From Acidobacteriota bacterium (lineage in GTDB: Bacteria; Acidobacteriota; UBA6911; RPQK01; CBDAPI01), in contig OZ252114.1 in the NCBI GenBank assembly GCA_965248635.1, positions 2,847,814 through 2,911,813 of the forward strand: a stretch of DNA of 64,000 nt, written 5' to 3'. A program made the translations under genes and the position numbers. Shown one piece after another: positions 1-9,065 of the stretch; the first letter of the stretch is position 1, and every line of letters begins with the position of its first letter. Under the pieces are notes generated by a model, which worked only from the letters and a program-made list of their open reading frames with translations, searched no databases and was not told the origin of the DNA.

Positions 1-185
1 CACTGTCGAACGTTTCCGCTGAGGTGAAGCATCAGGTTGCCGATGCTGTTGGAGTGCTGGTTGGGTCTCCACCAGACCTCGGCGTCATCCAGCAGGGTCA
101 GGCAACTGCGAATCTTGGGGAAAAAATCGGCACGGAGAAGTTGAATCGCCTGATCGATGAAAGCCTGACCTGGATCAAAACTCAT
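1..185 (-). CDS. DinB-superfamily (DUF1572/DinB_2-like) protein, N-terminal part; gene continues beyond the left edge
   Basis: Absent from the ORF track because its stop lies outside the window. Reverse-complement translation from the ATG (complement of 183-185) gives MSFDPGQAFIDQAIQLLRADFFPKIRSCLTLLDDAEVWWRPNQHSNSIGNLMLHLSGNVRQ. The W-RPN..SNSIGNL.LHL.GN.RQ block is typical of DinB_2/DUF1572 proteins. Confidence 0.6.
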   Translation of the reverse strand, partial: MSFDPGQAFIDQAIQLLRADFFPKIRSCLTLLDDAEVWWRPNQHSNSIGNLMLHLSGNVRQ

Positions 186-292
186 CACGCTTGACAGGCT
201 AATACAGAACTTGAGAAAAAACCAGTACTGGGCGTCATAGGATCCGCCGTGCGGGCCCTGGCGCGACCGCGAGCGACTCTTACCACGGATTT

Positions 293-952
293 CTAGGGAA
301 CCAGCTTCCGGCGCTGGCGCTTGATCGGCTGCCTCAGAACGGCATCCTGCTGGAGTTGAACGGTCAGGGACGTCCCTCGAGTCATGGCCACCTGCTGGCC
401 CCTCATAAGGAGTCCGATCACAGCGCCGCCGGCTGCTCCGATGGCACCACCGATGCCCGCTCCCTCGAGACTGCGGTCGGCAATGGCTCCGATCCCGGCG
501 CCGCCGGCACCTCCAACCGTACCGTATTTGAGGACATCGTCTGCCTGTTTGCTGGTGGTCGTGATCTTGCCTTCCTTTGCACCAGAGCCGCTCACAAAGC
601 CTTCCGCATGTTCCGCTCGGGCCTCCAGGCTTCTGGTGACACCGCTCGGGAAGATGATGGTATCGAAAGACAGGACAATCTCTCCCTTGCCCTTGAGCCT
701 GCCGGGTCTGATCACATCATCTACCTGGCCGATCAGGTAGCTTCCGACTGGAATCACGATCTGATCCTCCGAGGTGATCGGCACGGCAAGTCGGGCGTGG
801 AATTTGTCTCCCGGCCGGGCAGTTTCGGTGCTCACCGCGGTTTGCAGCGTCACGAAAAGATTCGTCTTGCTGGGAATGACGATCTCCTTCTGATCGCCCT
901 GAGCGGCTGTCAGAAAGGGCAGGCAAACGAGCAACCATTTGTACTTCTTCAT
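293..952 (-). CDS. secreted protein with TrbI/VirB10-like motif and C-terminal glycine zipper (family call tentative)
   Basis: ORF 293..967. The best start is MKKYKWLLVCLPFLTAAQG (signal peptide) at 952, giving an ATGA start/stop overlap with the rhomboid gene upstream. The pattern IPSKTNLFVTLQTAVSTETARPGDKFHARLAV...VIPVGSYLIGQV recalls TrbI/VirB10 C-terminal domains. GGAGGAGIGAI...GAGIGGAIGAAGGAVIG is a glycine zipper. Confidence 0.6.
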   Translation of the reverse strand: MKKYKWLLVCLPFLTAAQGDQKEIVIPSKTNLFVTLQTAVSTETARPGDKFHARLAVPITSEDQIVIPVGSYLIGQVDDVIRPGRLKGKGEIVLSFDTIIFPSGVTRSLEARAEHAEGFVSGSGAKEGKITTTSKQADDVLKYGTVGGAGGAGIGAIADRSLEGAGIGGAIGAAGGAVIGLLMRGQQVAMTRGTSLTVQLQQDAVLRQPIKRQRRKLVP

Positions 953-1656
953 GCGACTCTCTCCCATTTGTATCGACGTGTCTGGGGCCGGGCCAGCAAT
1001 CTAACTAAGAAGAGTCCGGCCAGGAACCCGCCGATATGAGACCACCAGGCAATTCCTGCAGCTTCGGCGCCGTTTCCAACCAGTCCCACGGTTCCATTGA
1101 CAATTTGCACGGCGAACCAGAAACCCAGTACCACGATCGCCGGAAGCTGGACCACAGGCCACACAATGATAAACGGTATGACGGTCAGAATTCTGGCGAA
1201 GGGATAACTGATCAGATAGGCCCCGAGTACTCCGGCTACCGCCCCGCTGGCCCCGATCGTGGGCACCGAACTTTCGCTGTGGAAGGCGAGGTGGGTCAAA
1301 GAGGCCACGATCCCGCACAGAAGGTAAAAGCCCAGAAAGCGCAGGTGCCCCATTCGATCCTCGATGTTATCTCCAAAGATCCACAGGTACCACATATTCC
1401 CGATCAAATGCAGCCAACCGGCGTGGAGGAACATCGAGAACAGGGTGACTCGGGTTACCGCCAGCCCAGTCGACAGGGGTTGAACTCCGATTTCTTTGAT
1501 GCGTGAAGGGACCAGACCGTTCAACTCGAAGAAGCTGGCCAGCTGACCTTCTGGAAAACTCAATTCGTAGAGCAACACGAGCAGGTTCACCCCGACCAGC
1601 CCAATGGTGACCAGAGGATAAGTCCTGGATGGGATGTTGTCCTTGAAAGGAATCAT
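949..1656 (-). CDS. rhomboid family intramembrane serine protease
   Basis: 235 aa, polytopic. Motifs HLIGNMWYLWIFG, catalytic GASGAVAGVLGA (GxSG) and WSHIGGFLAG (His). Confidence 0.9.
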   Translation of the reverse strand: MIPFKDNIPSRTYPLVTIGLVGVNLLVLLYELSFPEGQLASFFELNGLVPSRIKEIGVQPLSTGLAVTRVTLFSMFLHAGWLHLIGNMWYLWIFGDNIEDRMGHLRFLGFYLLCGIVASLTHLAFHSESSVPTIGASGAVAGVLGAYLISYPFARILTVIPFIIVWPVVQLPAIVVLGFWFAVQIVNGTVGLVGNGAEAAGIAWWSHIGGFLAGLFLVRLLARPQTRRYKWERVA

Positions 1657-1680
1657 CTCTAGGGTGGTGCGGGTCGACTC

Positions 1681-3261
1681 TCAAAACTTGATGAGCTGAG
1701 CATAGGAAATCGCCGGAATCTTGCGGATCCTGGTCATCACCTCCTCGGGCACCGGGTTGTCCGTGTTGATGACCCCCAGCGTCTGTGAAAGGCTGTCCTC
1801 GCGGCCCAGAACGAACGAGGCAATGTTGACCGCACTCTTTCCCAGGAGGGTTCCAACCGCTCCAATAACACCTGGAGTGTCCTGGTTGCGGATAAAGAGA
1901 ACGTAATCCCCGAGAGGTGTCTCGAGCGGAATTCCGTCGACCGAAGCAAGCCAGATCTTCCCCTGGTGCAGGATCGCCCCCTCCACCCATCCCGTCTCGT
2001 CGGGGTTGCCCAGTTGGACGCTGATCAAGTTGGCATGGTCTCTGCTGCTGCTGCTGACAGTTTCGATGACTTCAATGCCTCTCTGACTCGCGTAGGTACG
2101 AGCATTCACTTCATTGACCGGTTCGGCCAGCATGGGCTGGAGGACGGCCTTCAGAATGTGGTTCGTGATCGGTCGGTAGTCCACCCCGGTCAGATCGCCG
2201 TAGTAGCGGATGCCGATTGAGCTGATGCGAATCTCACAAATCTGAGAAGCAAACGTGCCAAGCCTGGAAGCCAGATTCAAAAAGGGCGTGATCTTCTCCA
2301 GTTCCCCGATCGATAGGGAGGGGAAATTAACGGCATTTGTAATGAGACTTCTCTCGAGATAGTCCACCACCTGGGTTGCAATGGTATGTCCGACCTGTTC
2401 CTGTGCTTCGACCGTTGAACCGGCAATATGGGGCGTCAGAATCACTCGATCCGACCGGAGCAGCCGTTCGTTGACCCGGGGCTCACTCTGAAAAACGTCG
2501 AGTGCGGCGCCGCCCAGCCTACCCTCTTCCAGGAAGTCCAGAAGATCATCCTCGGCGATGAGTCCCCCGCGGGCGGCGTTGATGAGAAAAGCTCCGGGTT
2601 TCATTCGCGACAGCGTCTTGCGGCTGATGATCTCCCGGGTCCCCTCGGTGAGCGGCAAGTGCAGGCTCAGGAAGTCGGACTCCTGAACAACTGAGATCAG
2701 ATCCGATAGTGTGACTTCCAGATCATTGGCGTAGCCCTGGCCCACGAAAGGGTCGTAGGCGATCACGCGCATTTGAAAGGCTTGCGCCCGCCGCGCCAGC
2801 AGTGATCCGATCTGTCCGAGACCCAGGATTCCCAGCGTTTTCCCTCTCAGTTCCTGGCCCACGAACGCCGCTTTGTTCCATTCGCCCGCCTTGACGGAGG
2901 CATCTGCGCCCGACAGTTTCCGGGCCAGGGCAATCAGCAGTGCGAAAGTGTGCTCTGCCGCGCTGATACTGTTCCCTCCGGGGGTATTCATCACCAGGAT
3001 CCCTTTTTGGGTAGCGGTGTCGAGATCAATATTATCAACACCAGAACCGGCGCGACCGATGGCCCGCAGTTCCGAGGCTGCCTCGATCACCTCCGCTGTG
3101 ACCTGCGTTCGACTGCGGACGATCAGCGCCGCAGCGTCCTGGATCTCGCTAAGTAGCTGGTCCTGGTTCAGATCCGTCTGGTAGCTTACTTTCAGGCCGG
3201 ACACCTTCATCAGAACGGCTCGTCCTTTTTCTGAGATTCGATCGGAGACGAGAATCTTCAT
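1681..3261 (-). CDS. serA: D-3-phosphoglycerate dehydrogenase, long form with C-terminal ACT-type regulatory region
   Basis: 526 aa. Has a 2-hydroxyacid dehydrogenase fold with NAD motif GLGQIGSLLARRA and catalytic-region LTPHIAGST. Length and C-terminal extension are typical of type-I PGDH. A class-V aminotransferase lies immediately upstream. Confidence 0.9.
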   Translation of the reverse strand: MKILVSDRISEKGRAVLMKVSGLKVSYQTDLNQDQLLSEIQDAAALIVRSRTQVTAEVIEAASELRAIGRAGSGVDNIDLDTATQKGILVMNTPGGNSISAAEHTFALLIALARKLSGADASVKAGEWNKAAFVGQELRGKTLGILGLGQIGSLLARRAQAFQMRVIAYDPFVGQGYANDLEVTLSDLISVVQESDFLSLHLPLTEGTREIISRKTLSRMKPGAFLINAARGGLIAEDDLLDFLEEGRLGGAALDVFQSEPRVNERLLRSDRVILTPHIAGSTVEAQEQVGHTIATQVVDYLERSLITNAVNFPSLSIGELEKITPFLNLASRLGTFASQICEIRISSIGIRYYGDLTGVDYRPITNHILKAVLQPMLAEPVNEVNARTYASQRGIEVIETVSSSSRDHANLISVQLGNPDETGWVEGAILHQGKIWLASVDGIPLETPLGDYVLFIRNQDTPGVIGAVGTLLGKSAVNIASFVLGREDSLSQTLGVINTDNPVPEEVMTRIRKIPAISYAQLIKF

Positions 3262-3285
3262 AGAGTACTTTCTGCAGGGAAGTAC

Positions 3286-4422
3286 TTAACCAGGCCAGGA
3301 CGCCAGGGTAGCGCGCAGGCCGGACCCGTCGGGTTTCCTGCCACTCAACTCCCCGATCGCGAGTTCTAACCCTCCCACAACCGAAACGACATCCAGGAAA
3401 TCGAAATATCCGAGATGGGCGATCCTGAAGATCTTGCTTTTCAGTTTTCCCTGACCCCCTGCAATCTTGACACCAAACCGCTCTTCGAGCACTCGCATCA
3501 AGTCGGTAGCCTGGACCCCGGGTGGCGGGAAAGCGGCCGTTGCCGCGTTAGCCGGAGACGTGGACAGAAGGGTGCACCGCAGCGCGCGAAGTCCGGCCCG
3601 CGTGGCCCGGGCCATCTGCGCTGCCTCCTCGACGATCCTGTCAACACCCTGATCCAGGATCTCGCTGGTTGAGGCCAAGAGCGATTGGTAGAGGCTGACG
3701 GCAGGGGTGAAAGTTGTCTTACCCTGGCGTTGGCTCGCCACCTCTCGCCCCAGGTTGAAATAATAACCCCCGCCGTTGTCCCGTAGACGGGTCAGGGCTC
3801 GTTGATTCAAAGATACGAACGCCAGCCCCGGAGACATGGCAAAGGATTTCTGGGAACCGCTGATGACTACATCCAGACCCCATTCGTCCGTGTGAACAGG
3901 CTGACTTCCCACAGCCGTAATGCCATCCACGACGAGAAGAACTTCAGGAAAACGCTCTCGGACGGTTTTTCCGATCGCTTCGAGATCGTGCATCGTCCCT
4001 GTCGAGGTTTCACAGCCCTGTAGAAACAAGGTCTTCACCCCCGGGTTTTTCTCGAGTTCTACACAGATTTCGGCCGCTTCTGCAGCCTCGCCGGGGTCTT
4101 TCGAGAGAGTGACACAGGAGTGCCCGTGTGCCTGACAGATTTCGCCCCAGCGCTCACCGAATTTTCCGATGACAACCGTCATAGCCGGGGTCTTGGTACT
4201 CACTAGATTGGCCACCGTGGCTTCCATAGCGCCCGTGCCCGAGCAGCTGAGAATCACCAGGTCTCCGGTCGTCTTGAAGATCTTCTGGAGGTTTTTTCGA
4301 GTGGTCAGAACAAGATCTCGAAACTCCTCGGTTCGGTGGTGAACGATCGGTTTCGAGGCGGCCAGTTGCGCCGCCGGCATCAGCGGGGTGGGGCCCGGTG
4401 TGAAGATGCGGCGCTTGTACAC
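3286..4422 (-). CDS. class-V aminotransferase (serine-pyruvate / phosphoserine aminotransferase type)
   Basis: 378 aa with PLP-lysine motif SGSQKSF. Lies 24 bp upstream of serA on the same strand, suggesting the serine pathway. Confidence 0.85.
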   Translation of the reverse strand: MYKRRIFTPGPTPLMPAAQLAASKPIVHHRTEEFRDLVLTTRKNLQKIFKTTGDLVILSCSGTGAMEATVANLVSTKTPAMTVVIGKFGERWGEICQAHGHSCVTLSKDPGEAAEAAEICVELEKNPGVKTLFLQGCETSTGTMHDLEAIGKTVRERFPEVLLVVDGITAVGSQPVHTDEWGLDVVISGSQKSFAMSPGLAFVSLNQRALTRLRDNGGGYYFNLGREVASQRQGKTTFTPAVSLYQSLLASTSEILDQGVDRIVEEAAQMARATRAGLRALRCTLLSTSPANAATAAFPPPGVQATDLMRVLEERFGVKIAGGQGKLKSKIFRIAHLGYFDFLDVVSVVGGLELAIGELSGRKPDGSGLRATLASWPG

Positions 4423-4492
4423 CGCGTCATGATATCACGTTGAAAAGAGCGGCCCATGGCGGTCAGGGCCGACTTCACGAACAGGTTTCATT

Positions 4493-4870
4493 TCAGGAAT
4501 TTTTCTTATCGACCGACCAGATTCCGGCTCCTCTGCAGAGGATGAAGAGGAAGGCAAACGCGTAGAGTAGGGCTAGTTCCCCGCGGTTCTGAATCGGAAA
4601 CAAGTCGTTTGGCTGGTGCTTCCAGAAATAGCCGACAAACATCTGACCAGAGGCCAGCAGCGCGGCAAAATTGGTAAACAAGCCCACCGCTATCGCCACA
4701 CCACCGACGAACTCGACGGTTCCAGCAACCCACATCAGCCCCGAGTTCGCCTGGCTCCCTCCGAAAGCGCCAAACAGCTTCTGGGCGCCGTGACAGGCGA
4801 AAAGCACTCCGAATGCGATCCTCATGAGCGCGTAGGCTGGTTCCGTGAGCTTAAGAAGTAACGACCGCAT
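4493..4870 (-). CDS. DoxX family membrane protein
   Basis: 125 aa with 4 TM segments. N-terminal ALMRIAFGVLFACHGAQKLFGAFGG is the DoxX signature region. Confidence 0.8.
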   Translation of the reverse strand: MRSLLLKLTEPAYALMRIAFGVLFACHGAQKLFGAFGGSQANSGLMWVAGTVEFVGGVAIAVGLFTNFAALLASGQMFVGYFWKHQPNDLFPIQNRGELALLYAFAFLFILCRGAGIWSVDKKNS

Positions 4871-5022
4871 GAGATTCCTCCGTCCAGGTTCGTGCTCCGT
4901 CGGTCACCCTTGAAGACCCTTGCCCAGCCATCCGATCAGGTGTCCGGCAGGCCCCCATTGTAGAACATTCATTTGAGTTGCGGGACCACCAGCGGTCAGT
5001 TTTCTGAATCAGGGAAGGTGGA

Positions 5023-5145
5023 TTACCCGGGAGTCGGATCAAAGAAGCGGACATGAACCATCCGTTGCTCTAACGGCTCGAGCGGGTTGGCCCCGATTCT
5101 TGGGATCTTGTGCTTGAGTTCTTCGGACAAGAGATGAAACGTCAC
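5023..5145 (-). pseudogene. possible remnant of a DUF2958-family gene (first ~40 codons only)
   Basis: My own translation of the minus strand gives VTFHLLSEELKHKIPRIGANPLEPLEQRMVHVRFFDPTPG*. This resembles the N-terminal block of DUF2958 proteins (LLT.EL...LP.L.....V.VKFF.P). No frame continues the family pattern. Confidence 0.3.
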
Positions 5146-5297
5146 TTTGGTACTCCTGGTTCGCACCTTCTCACAGTAGGGAATCGACCCCAGAGCCTGA
5201 GGCTATTTTCTCAAATCAGGGAGACGTTCCCCGGGGGCTGGACAAGAGAAGAACCCTTTCACGGTCGGTCGGATCAACCTGTGGTATAGTCGCCGCG

Positions 5298-5738
5298 ATG
5301 GCGCAGTTGCAGGCTTTATTACTCTGTGACCTGGTCGTAACGACGCCCGAGGGAAAGGTTCAGCTCCAGGGCCTCTTCGATGTCATCAACGCCTTTCAGT
5401 TGCCCACCAGGCATGGTCGCATGTGGGTCTTCTTTCGGTTTCTCATGGAGGAAGGCGACTGGGTTGAGGAGGGGAAGACCCGTACCGTGACAATGTACCT
5501 CGAGCGGCCCAGTGGGGAAACCGAAAGCCTTCCCAAAATGGAGGTGAAGGTCGGTCACCAGGGTACGGTTCAGGGATATGTTCAACTCCAGGGCCTTCCA
5601 CTCAAACAGAAAGGTGAGCACTGGCTCGAACTGTTTTACGGGGAAAGCCGGGTGGGCCGATGCCGCTTCTTCGTTCGATTGACGGAGCCTCAGACGGTTC
5701 AGGCCCAACCCGTCGCCGGGTCAACTACCGTTCATTAA
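5298..5738 (+). CDS. hypothetical protein
   Basis: 146-aa ORF with coding-like composition and no signal peptide. No family recognised with confidence. Confidence 0.5.
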   Translation: MAQLQALLLCDLVVTTPEGKVQLQGLFDVINAFQLPTRHGRMWVFFRFLMEEGDWVEEGKTRTVTMYLERPSGETESLPKMEVKVGHQGTVQGYVQLQGLPLKQKGEHWLELFYGESRVGRCRFFVRLTEPQTVQAQPVAGSTTVH

Positions 5739-5808
5739 TTGACTTTCCCATCAGCCGGTTTTACGATTCCCCCCGCATCCGCAACACGAACGACTGACGG
5801 AGGGAAGA

Positions 5809-6831
5809 ATGCGAGTTGGTATTGTCGGCTACGGTTGGGCGGGTCAGGCACACGCGAGCGAATACAACGCAATCGAAGGGGTCGAAACCACGGCGGTCTG
5901 CTCCCGTCGAGAACTGGACGAGTCGGAACTCTCGGCAAGGCATCGATCCAAGATCAGGGTTTTCAACGATCTCGAGGAGATGTGTCGAGCAGACATTGAC
6001 CTGGTGTCGATCTGCACCCCCCATCCGTTCCACGCTGAGCAGGTGGAGATCGCCGCAAAAGCTGGAAAGAACCTTGTGATCGAGAAGCCGGTGGCGATCG
6101 ATCTGGAAGGAGTCCGCCGCGTTGAGCAGGCGGTTCAATCGAGTGGGGTCCGAGCCATGGTTTGTTTTGAAGCCAAGGTTATCGGGCATTTTCAGACCAT
6201 GCGCGAGATGATCCGTCAGGGACTGCTGGGGGAGATTCACTATGGAGAGTCCGACTACTTTCACGGAATCGGACCCTGGTATGGGCAATATGAGTGGAAC
6301 GTAAAGAAGAACTTCGGCGGATCATCGCTCCTGACCGCCGGCTGTCATGCTCTGGACGGTCTGATCTGGCTGATGGACTCGAGACCTGTTGAGGTCTTCG
6401 GCTATGCTACCCGGTCCAGTGCCCCTGAATTCGAGCCCTACGAGTATCCCACCACGAGCAGTACAGTGATGCGTTTCGAGAGTGGAGCCATCGGAAAAGT
6501 GGCCTCGGCAATCGACGTCTTCCAACCCTACCAGTTGAATGTGTATCTGACCGGTTCAGACGGGGCGATCTGGAACGACAAGTTCTTCACGCGCAAGCTG
6601 GGTGGGCTCGACCAGAAGGGCTGGAGCAAAATGCACGCTCAGATGATCGATTCTGGAGACGTGGCCGACCACCCTTACCAGGCTCTTTTCGCTGACTTCA
6701 TCGAATCGATGAAGGAAGGGCGCGATCCGATGTTCTCTTTCCAGGACTCGATCTTCTCGCACCGAGTCTGTCTGGCGGCGGACCTTGCAGCCGAGGAGGG
6801 GCGGCCGGTGCAGCTCGAGGAGATGGAGTAA
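5809..6831 (+). CDS. Gfo/Idh/MocA family oxidoreductase
   Basis: 340 aa with N-terminal Rossmann motif MRVGIVGYGWAGQAH. GGAGGGA lies upstream of the ATG. Confidence 0.85.
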   Translation: MRVGIVGYGWAGQAHASEYNAIEGVETTAVCSRRELDESELSARHRSKIRVFNDLEEMCRADIDLVSICTPHPFHAEQVEIAAKAGKNLVIEKPVAIDLEGVRRVEQAVQSSGVRAMVCFEAKVIGHFQTMREMIRQGLLGEIHYGESDYFHGIGPWYGQYEWNVKKNFGGSSLLTAGCHALDGLIWLMDSRPVEVFGYATRSSAPEFEPYEYPTTSSTVMRFESGAIGKVASAIDVFQPYQLNVYLTGSDGAIWNDKFFTRKLGGLDQKGWSKMHAQMIDSGDVADHPYQALFADFIESMKEGRDPMFSFQDSIFSHRVCLAADLAAEEGRPVQLEEME

Positions 6832-6845
6832 GCCAGTTACTGATT

Positions 6846-8117
6846 TCAGACCCACTTCTGGGCCGAATCATCCCAGTTCAGCATCCTGCCGGAGAGCCAG
6901 GATTGATTGGCCCCATCGAGCGCAGCAACGCCGTAAACTCCGAGTTGCACAGGACAGTGAAGTTCCTCGCCGCGGCGGATAGCGTCCTGCAGATTGACAT
7001 GGTGCAGAGCAATTTCTTCAGCTCCCGATCTCGTGTGCGTCTGGAGGACTTCGCCGGTCTCCTCAGAGACAATTTCCCAGCCCTTGGAATTGAAGACCAG
7101 GCTGGCCTCTTTGCCCCGAATGATGTGCTTATTTCCGTTCCCATTGGCCATGGTACCGAGCAGGTGCACGGTCATCCCGTTGGTCACTCCTTCCACCGCC
7201 GGATACTCCAGCAGGACTTCCATGTTGTCGGGTAATTCGCGGCCATCGTCCCAGATGTAGATTCCTCCCATGCCACTCACCCGGGAAGGATAGGTCAAGC
7301 TGCAGGCCTTCAGAATTCGAGTGAGACGGTGTACGAAAAGGTCCGTGGAGATTCCCCCCGAATAATCACGGTAACAGCGCCACTCGAAGTATCTCCCGGG
7401 ATCCCAGGGACGCTTCTGCCTGGTTCCCAACCAGGTCTCCCAATCCAGATCGGAGGGCTGGGGCAGGTCGGCGCGGACCCCTGTTCGCCAGGGACCAAGA
7501 TCGCGCGCGTAGTTGCGCACATAGTCGACCTGGGCCTGGACAACTGGCCCGAGTTTGCCACCCCGAATGGCGCGTGCGGCAGACTCGTAGCTGTCGTCGC
7601 TCGTTCCCTGCACTCCTACTTGCAGCTTGCGCCCGGTTTCTCGGACTTTTGCCCAGATCTCCTGGGCCTCAGCCAGCTTGTGGGCCAGCGGCTTCTCGCA
7701 GTACACGTCCAAACCGGCATCCAGGGCGTCGATGGCGATAGGAGCGTGCCAGTGTTCCGGCGTAGAAACGACTACGTAGTCGAGGTCGGGGGTTTCCAGG
7801 AGACGGCGATAATCCGTGTGGACCCGGACCCGTTCGCCCATCTTCGAAAGGTGGTCATCAAAGGCCCTCGCTCTCCTTTCAAAGATGTCACAAACCGCTG
7901 AGACCTCCAGGTTCTGATCTTTCCTGACCTGGAGCAAGGCCTTCAAGTGGGCTCCTCCGATCGAACCGCACCCGATGAGGCCAACCTTCAAACGATCGTT
8001 CGCCCCGCTTACGTTGGCGTAGCTGCGCGCACTCAAGGCCGGAAGCGTCGCTGCTGCCAGGCTGGAGGTTTGAATGAATTTTCTTCGGCTCAATCTGTCT
8101 TGATTGCTCATGTACAT
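6846..8117 (-). CDS. Gfo/Idh/MocA family oxidoreductase with twin-arginine (Tat) signal
   Basis: ORF 6846..8243, but the likely start is MYMSNQDRLSRRKFIQTSSLAAATLPALSARS (Tat motif SRRKF) at 8117 or 8111. This removes the overlap with the ompA-like gene. Rossmann motif LKVGLIGCGSIGGAH. Confidence 0.85.
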   Translation of the reverse strand: MYMSNQDRLSRRKFIQTSSLAAATLPALSARSYANVSGANDRLKVGLIGCGSIGGAHLKALLQVRKDQNLEVSAVCDIFERRARAFDDHLSKMGERVRVHTDYRRLLETPDLDYVVVSTPEHWHAPIAIDALDAGLDVYCEKPLAHKLAEAQEIWAKVRETGRKLQVGVQGTSDDSYESAARAIRGGKLGPVVQAQVDYVRNYARDLGPWRTGVRADLPQPSDLDWETWLGTRQKRPWDPGRYFEWRCYRDYSGGISTDLFVHRLTRILKACSLTYPSRVSGMGGIYIWDDGRELPDNMEVLLEYPAVEGVTNGMTVHLLGTMANGNGNKHIIRGKEASLVFNSKGWEIVSEETGEVLQTHTRSGAEEIALHHVNLQDAIRRGEELHCPVQLGVYGVAALDGANQSWLSGRMLNWDDSAQKWV

Positions 8118-8181
8118 ACTATAAATGGGAAGAGCGATTGGAGAAAGGCAGCGAAGCCAGTCCACTAGGACCGTCTTACGG

Positions 8182-8994
8182 TTATTGGGCTTCACGAACC
8201 GTGTCCGTGTAGCGCACGTGGGTATTGACGATACCAATTTCAACGCGTCGATTCCGCGCCCGAGCCTGGGCCGAGGTTCCGGCCACGAGCGGCTTCGTTT
8301 TCCCGAATCCTTTGGTCTCGATCAAGCCTGAGTCGACTCCAACTTCGACAATGTAATCTCGCACCGATTGAGCACGCCGTTCGGACAGTTCGAGGTTGTA
8401 ATGGTCTGAACCAATATCGTCCGTATGACCGTAGACGTAGATCGCGTAGTCCCGGGAGGTCAAGAGGATTCCGGCGATGCGGCTCAACAGTTCTCTGTTC
8501 TCGGGTCGCAGAAAGGCCTTGTCGAAGTCGAACTCGAGTGCATCGCTGCCCAGGTTCATGACAAGACCGAGTGCCGTCCGGCGAGTTTCGACGATCTGGC
8601 CCAGAGCACCGTGCAGCCGGTTCAATTCCGTCTCCGCGTCATGCCGAACCTGTTCCAGCTCAGTTCGAGCCTGCGCCGCATCGGAGAGTGCCTGATCGGC
8701 GTGGGCCCGGGCCGAGGCTGCCTCAGTTTCCGCAACCCGTCGGCCCAGGGCCGCAATTCGAGCGTTCTCTTGGGCGCTGGAGGCCTGCCGTGCAGCCTTC
8801 TCTGCTCCTGTTGCGGCTGTGCTCGCCCTGGCTGCGTTCTCTTTGACCTGTCCGGCAAGATCGGTAAGTTGCTCCTCGAGTCGACTGATACGATAGAGAA
8901 GCGCCAGCGAGAGCAGCAGTAGAACCACAGCGGCGGCAATCGCCACAAGCAATGCCGGGTGATGGTTGCGTTCTCTTGGCGCCAGCCGGTCCAT
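8182..8994 (-). CDS. OmpA/MotB-domain protein with N-terminal TM segment and coiled coil
   Basis: 270 aa. The C-terminus FDFDKAFLRPENRELLSRIAGIL...GHTDDIGSDHYNLELSERRAQSVRDYI...NRRVEI is the OmpA_C peptidoglycan-binding domain. Confidence 0.85.
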   Translation of the reverse strand: MDRLAPRERNHHPALLVAIAAAVVLLLLSLALLYRISRLEEQLTDLAGQVKENAARASTAATGAEKAARQASSAQENARIAALGRRVAETEAASARAHADQALSDAAQARTELEQVRHDAETELNRLHGALGQIVETRRTALGLVMNLGSDALEFDFDKAFLRPENRELLSRIAGILLTSRDYAIYVYGHTDDIGSDHYNLELSERRAQSVRDYIVEVGVDSGLIETKGFGKTKPLVAGTSAQARARNRRVEIGIVNTHVRYTDTVREAQ

Positions 8995-9028
8995 AAAGGG
9001 TATTCTCCCATATTTTAGGCTTGTAGAA

Positions 9029-9050
9029 GGGCGACCCCTGGTGGTCGCCC
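9029..9050 (-). terminator. possible hairpin terminator after the TPR-peptidase gene
   Basis: gggcgacc / ggtcgccc form a perfect 8-bp GC-rich stem with a 6-nt loop, 16 nt downstream of the stop at 9066. The trailing U-tract on the minus strand is only partial. Confidence 0.35.
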
Positions 9051-9065
9051 GCTGGCCGGGCCGGG

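Noticed and set aside
8118-8243. N-terminal extension of the Tat-signal oxidoreductase ORF overlapping the ompA-like gene
   Set aside because: A Tat signal must be near the N-terminus. The start at 8117/8111 places SRRKF correctly and removes the 62-nt overlap.
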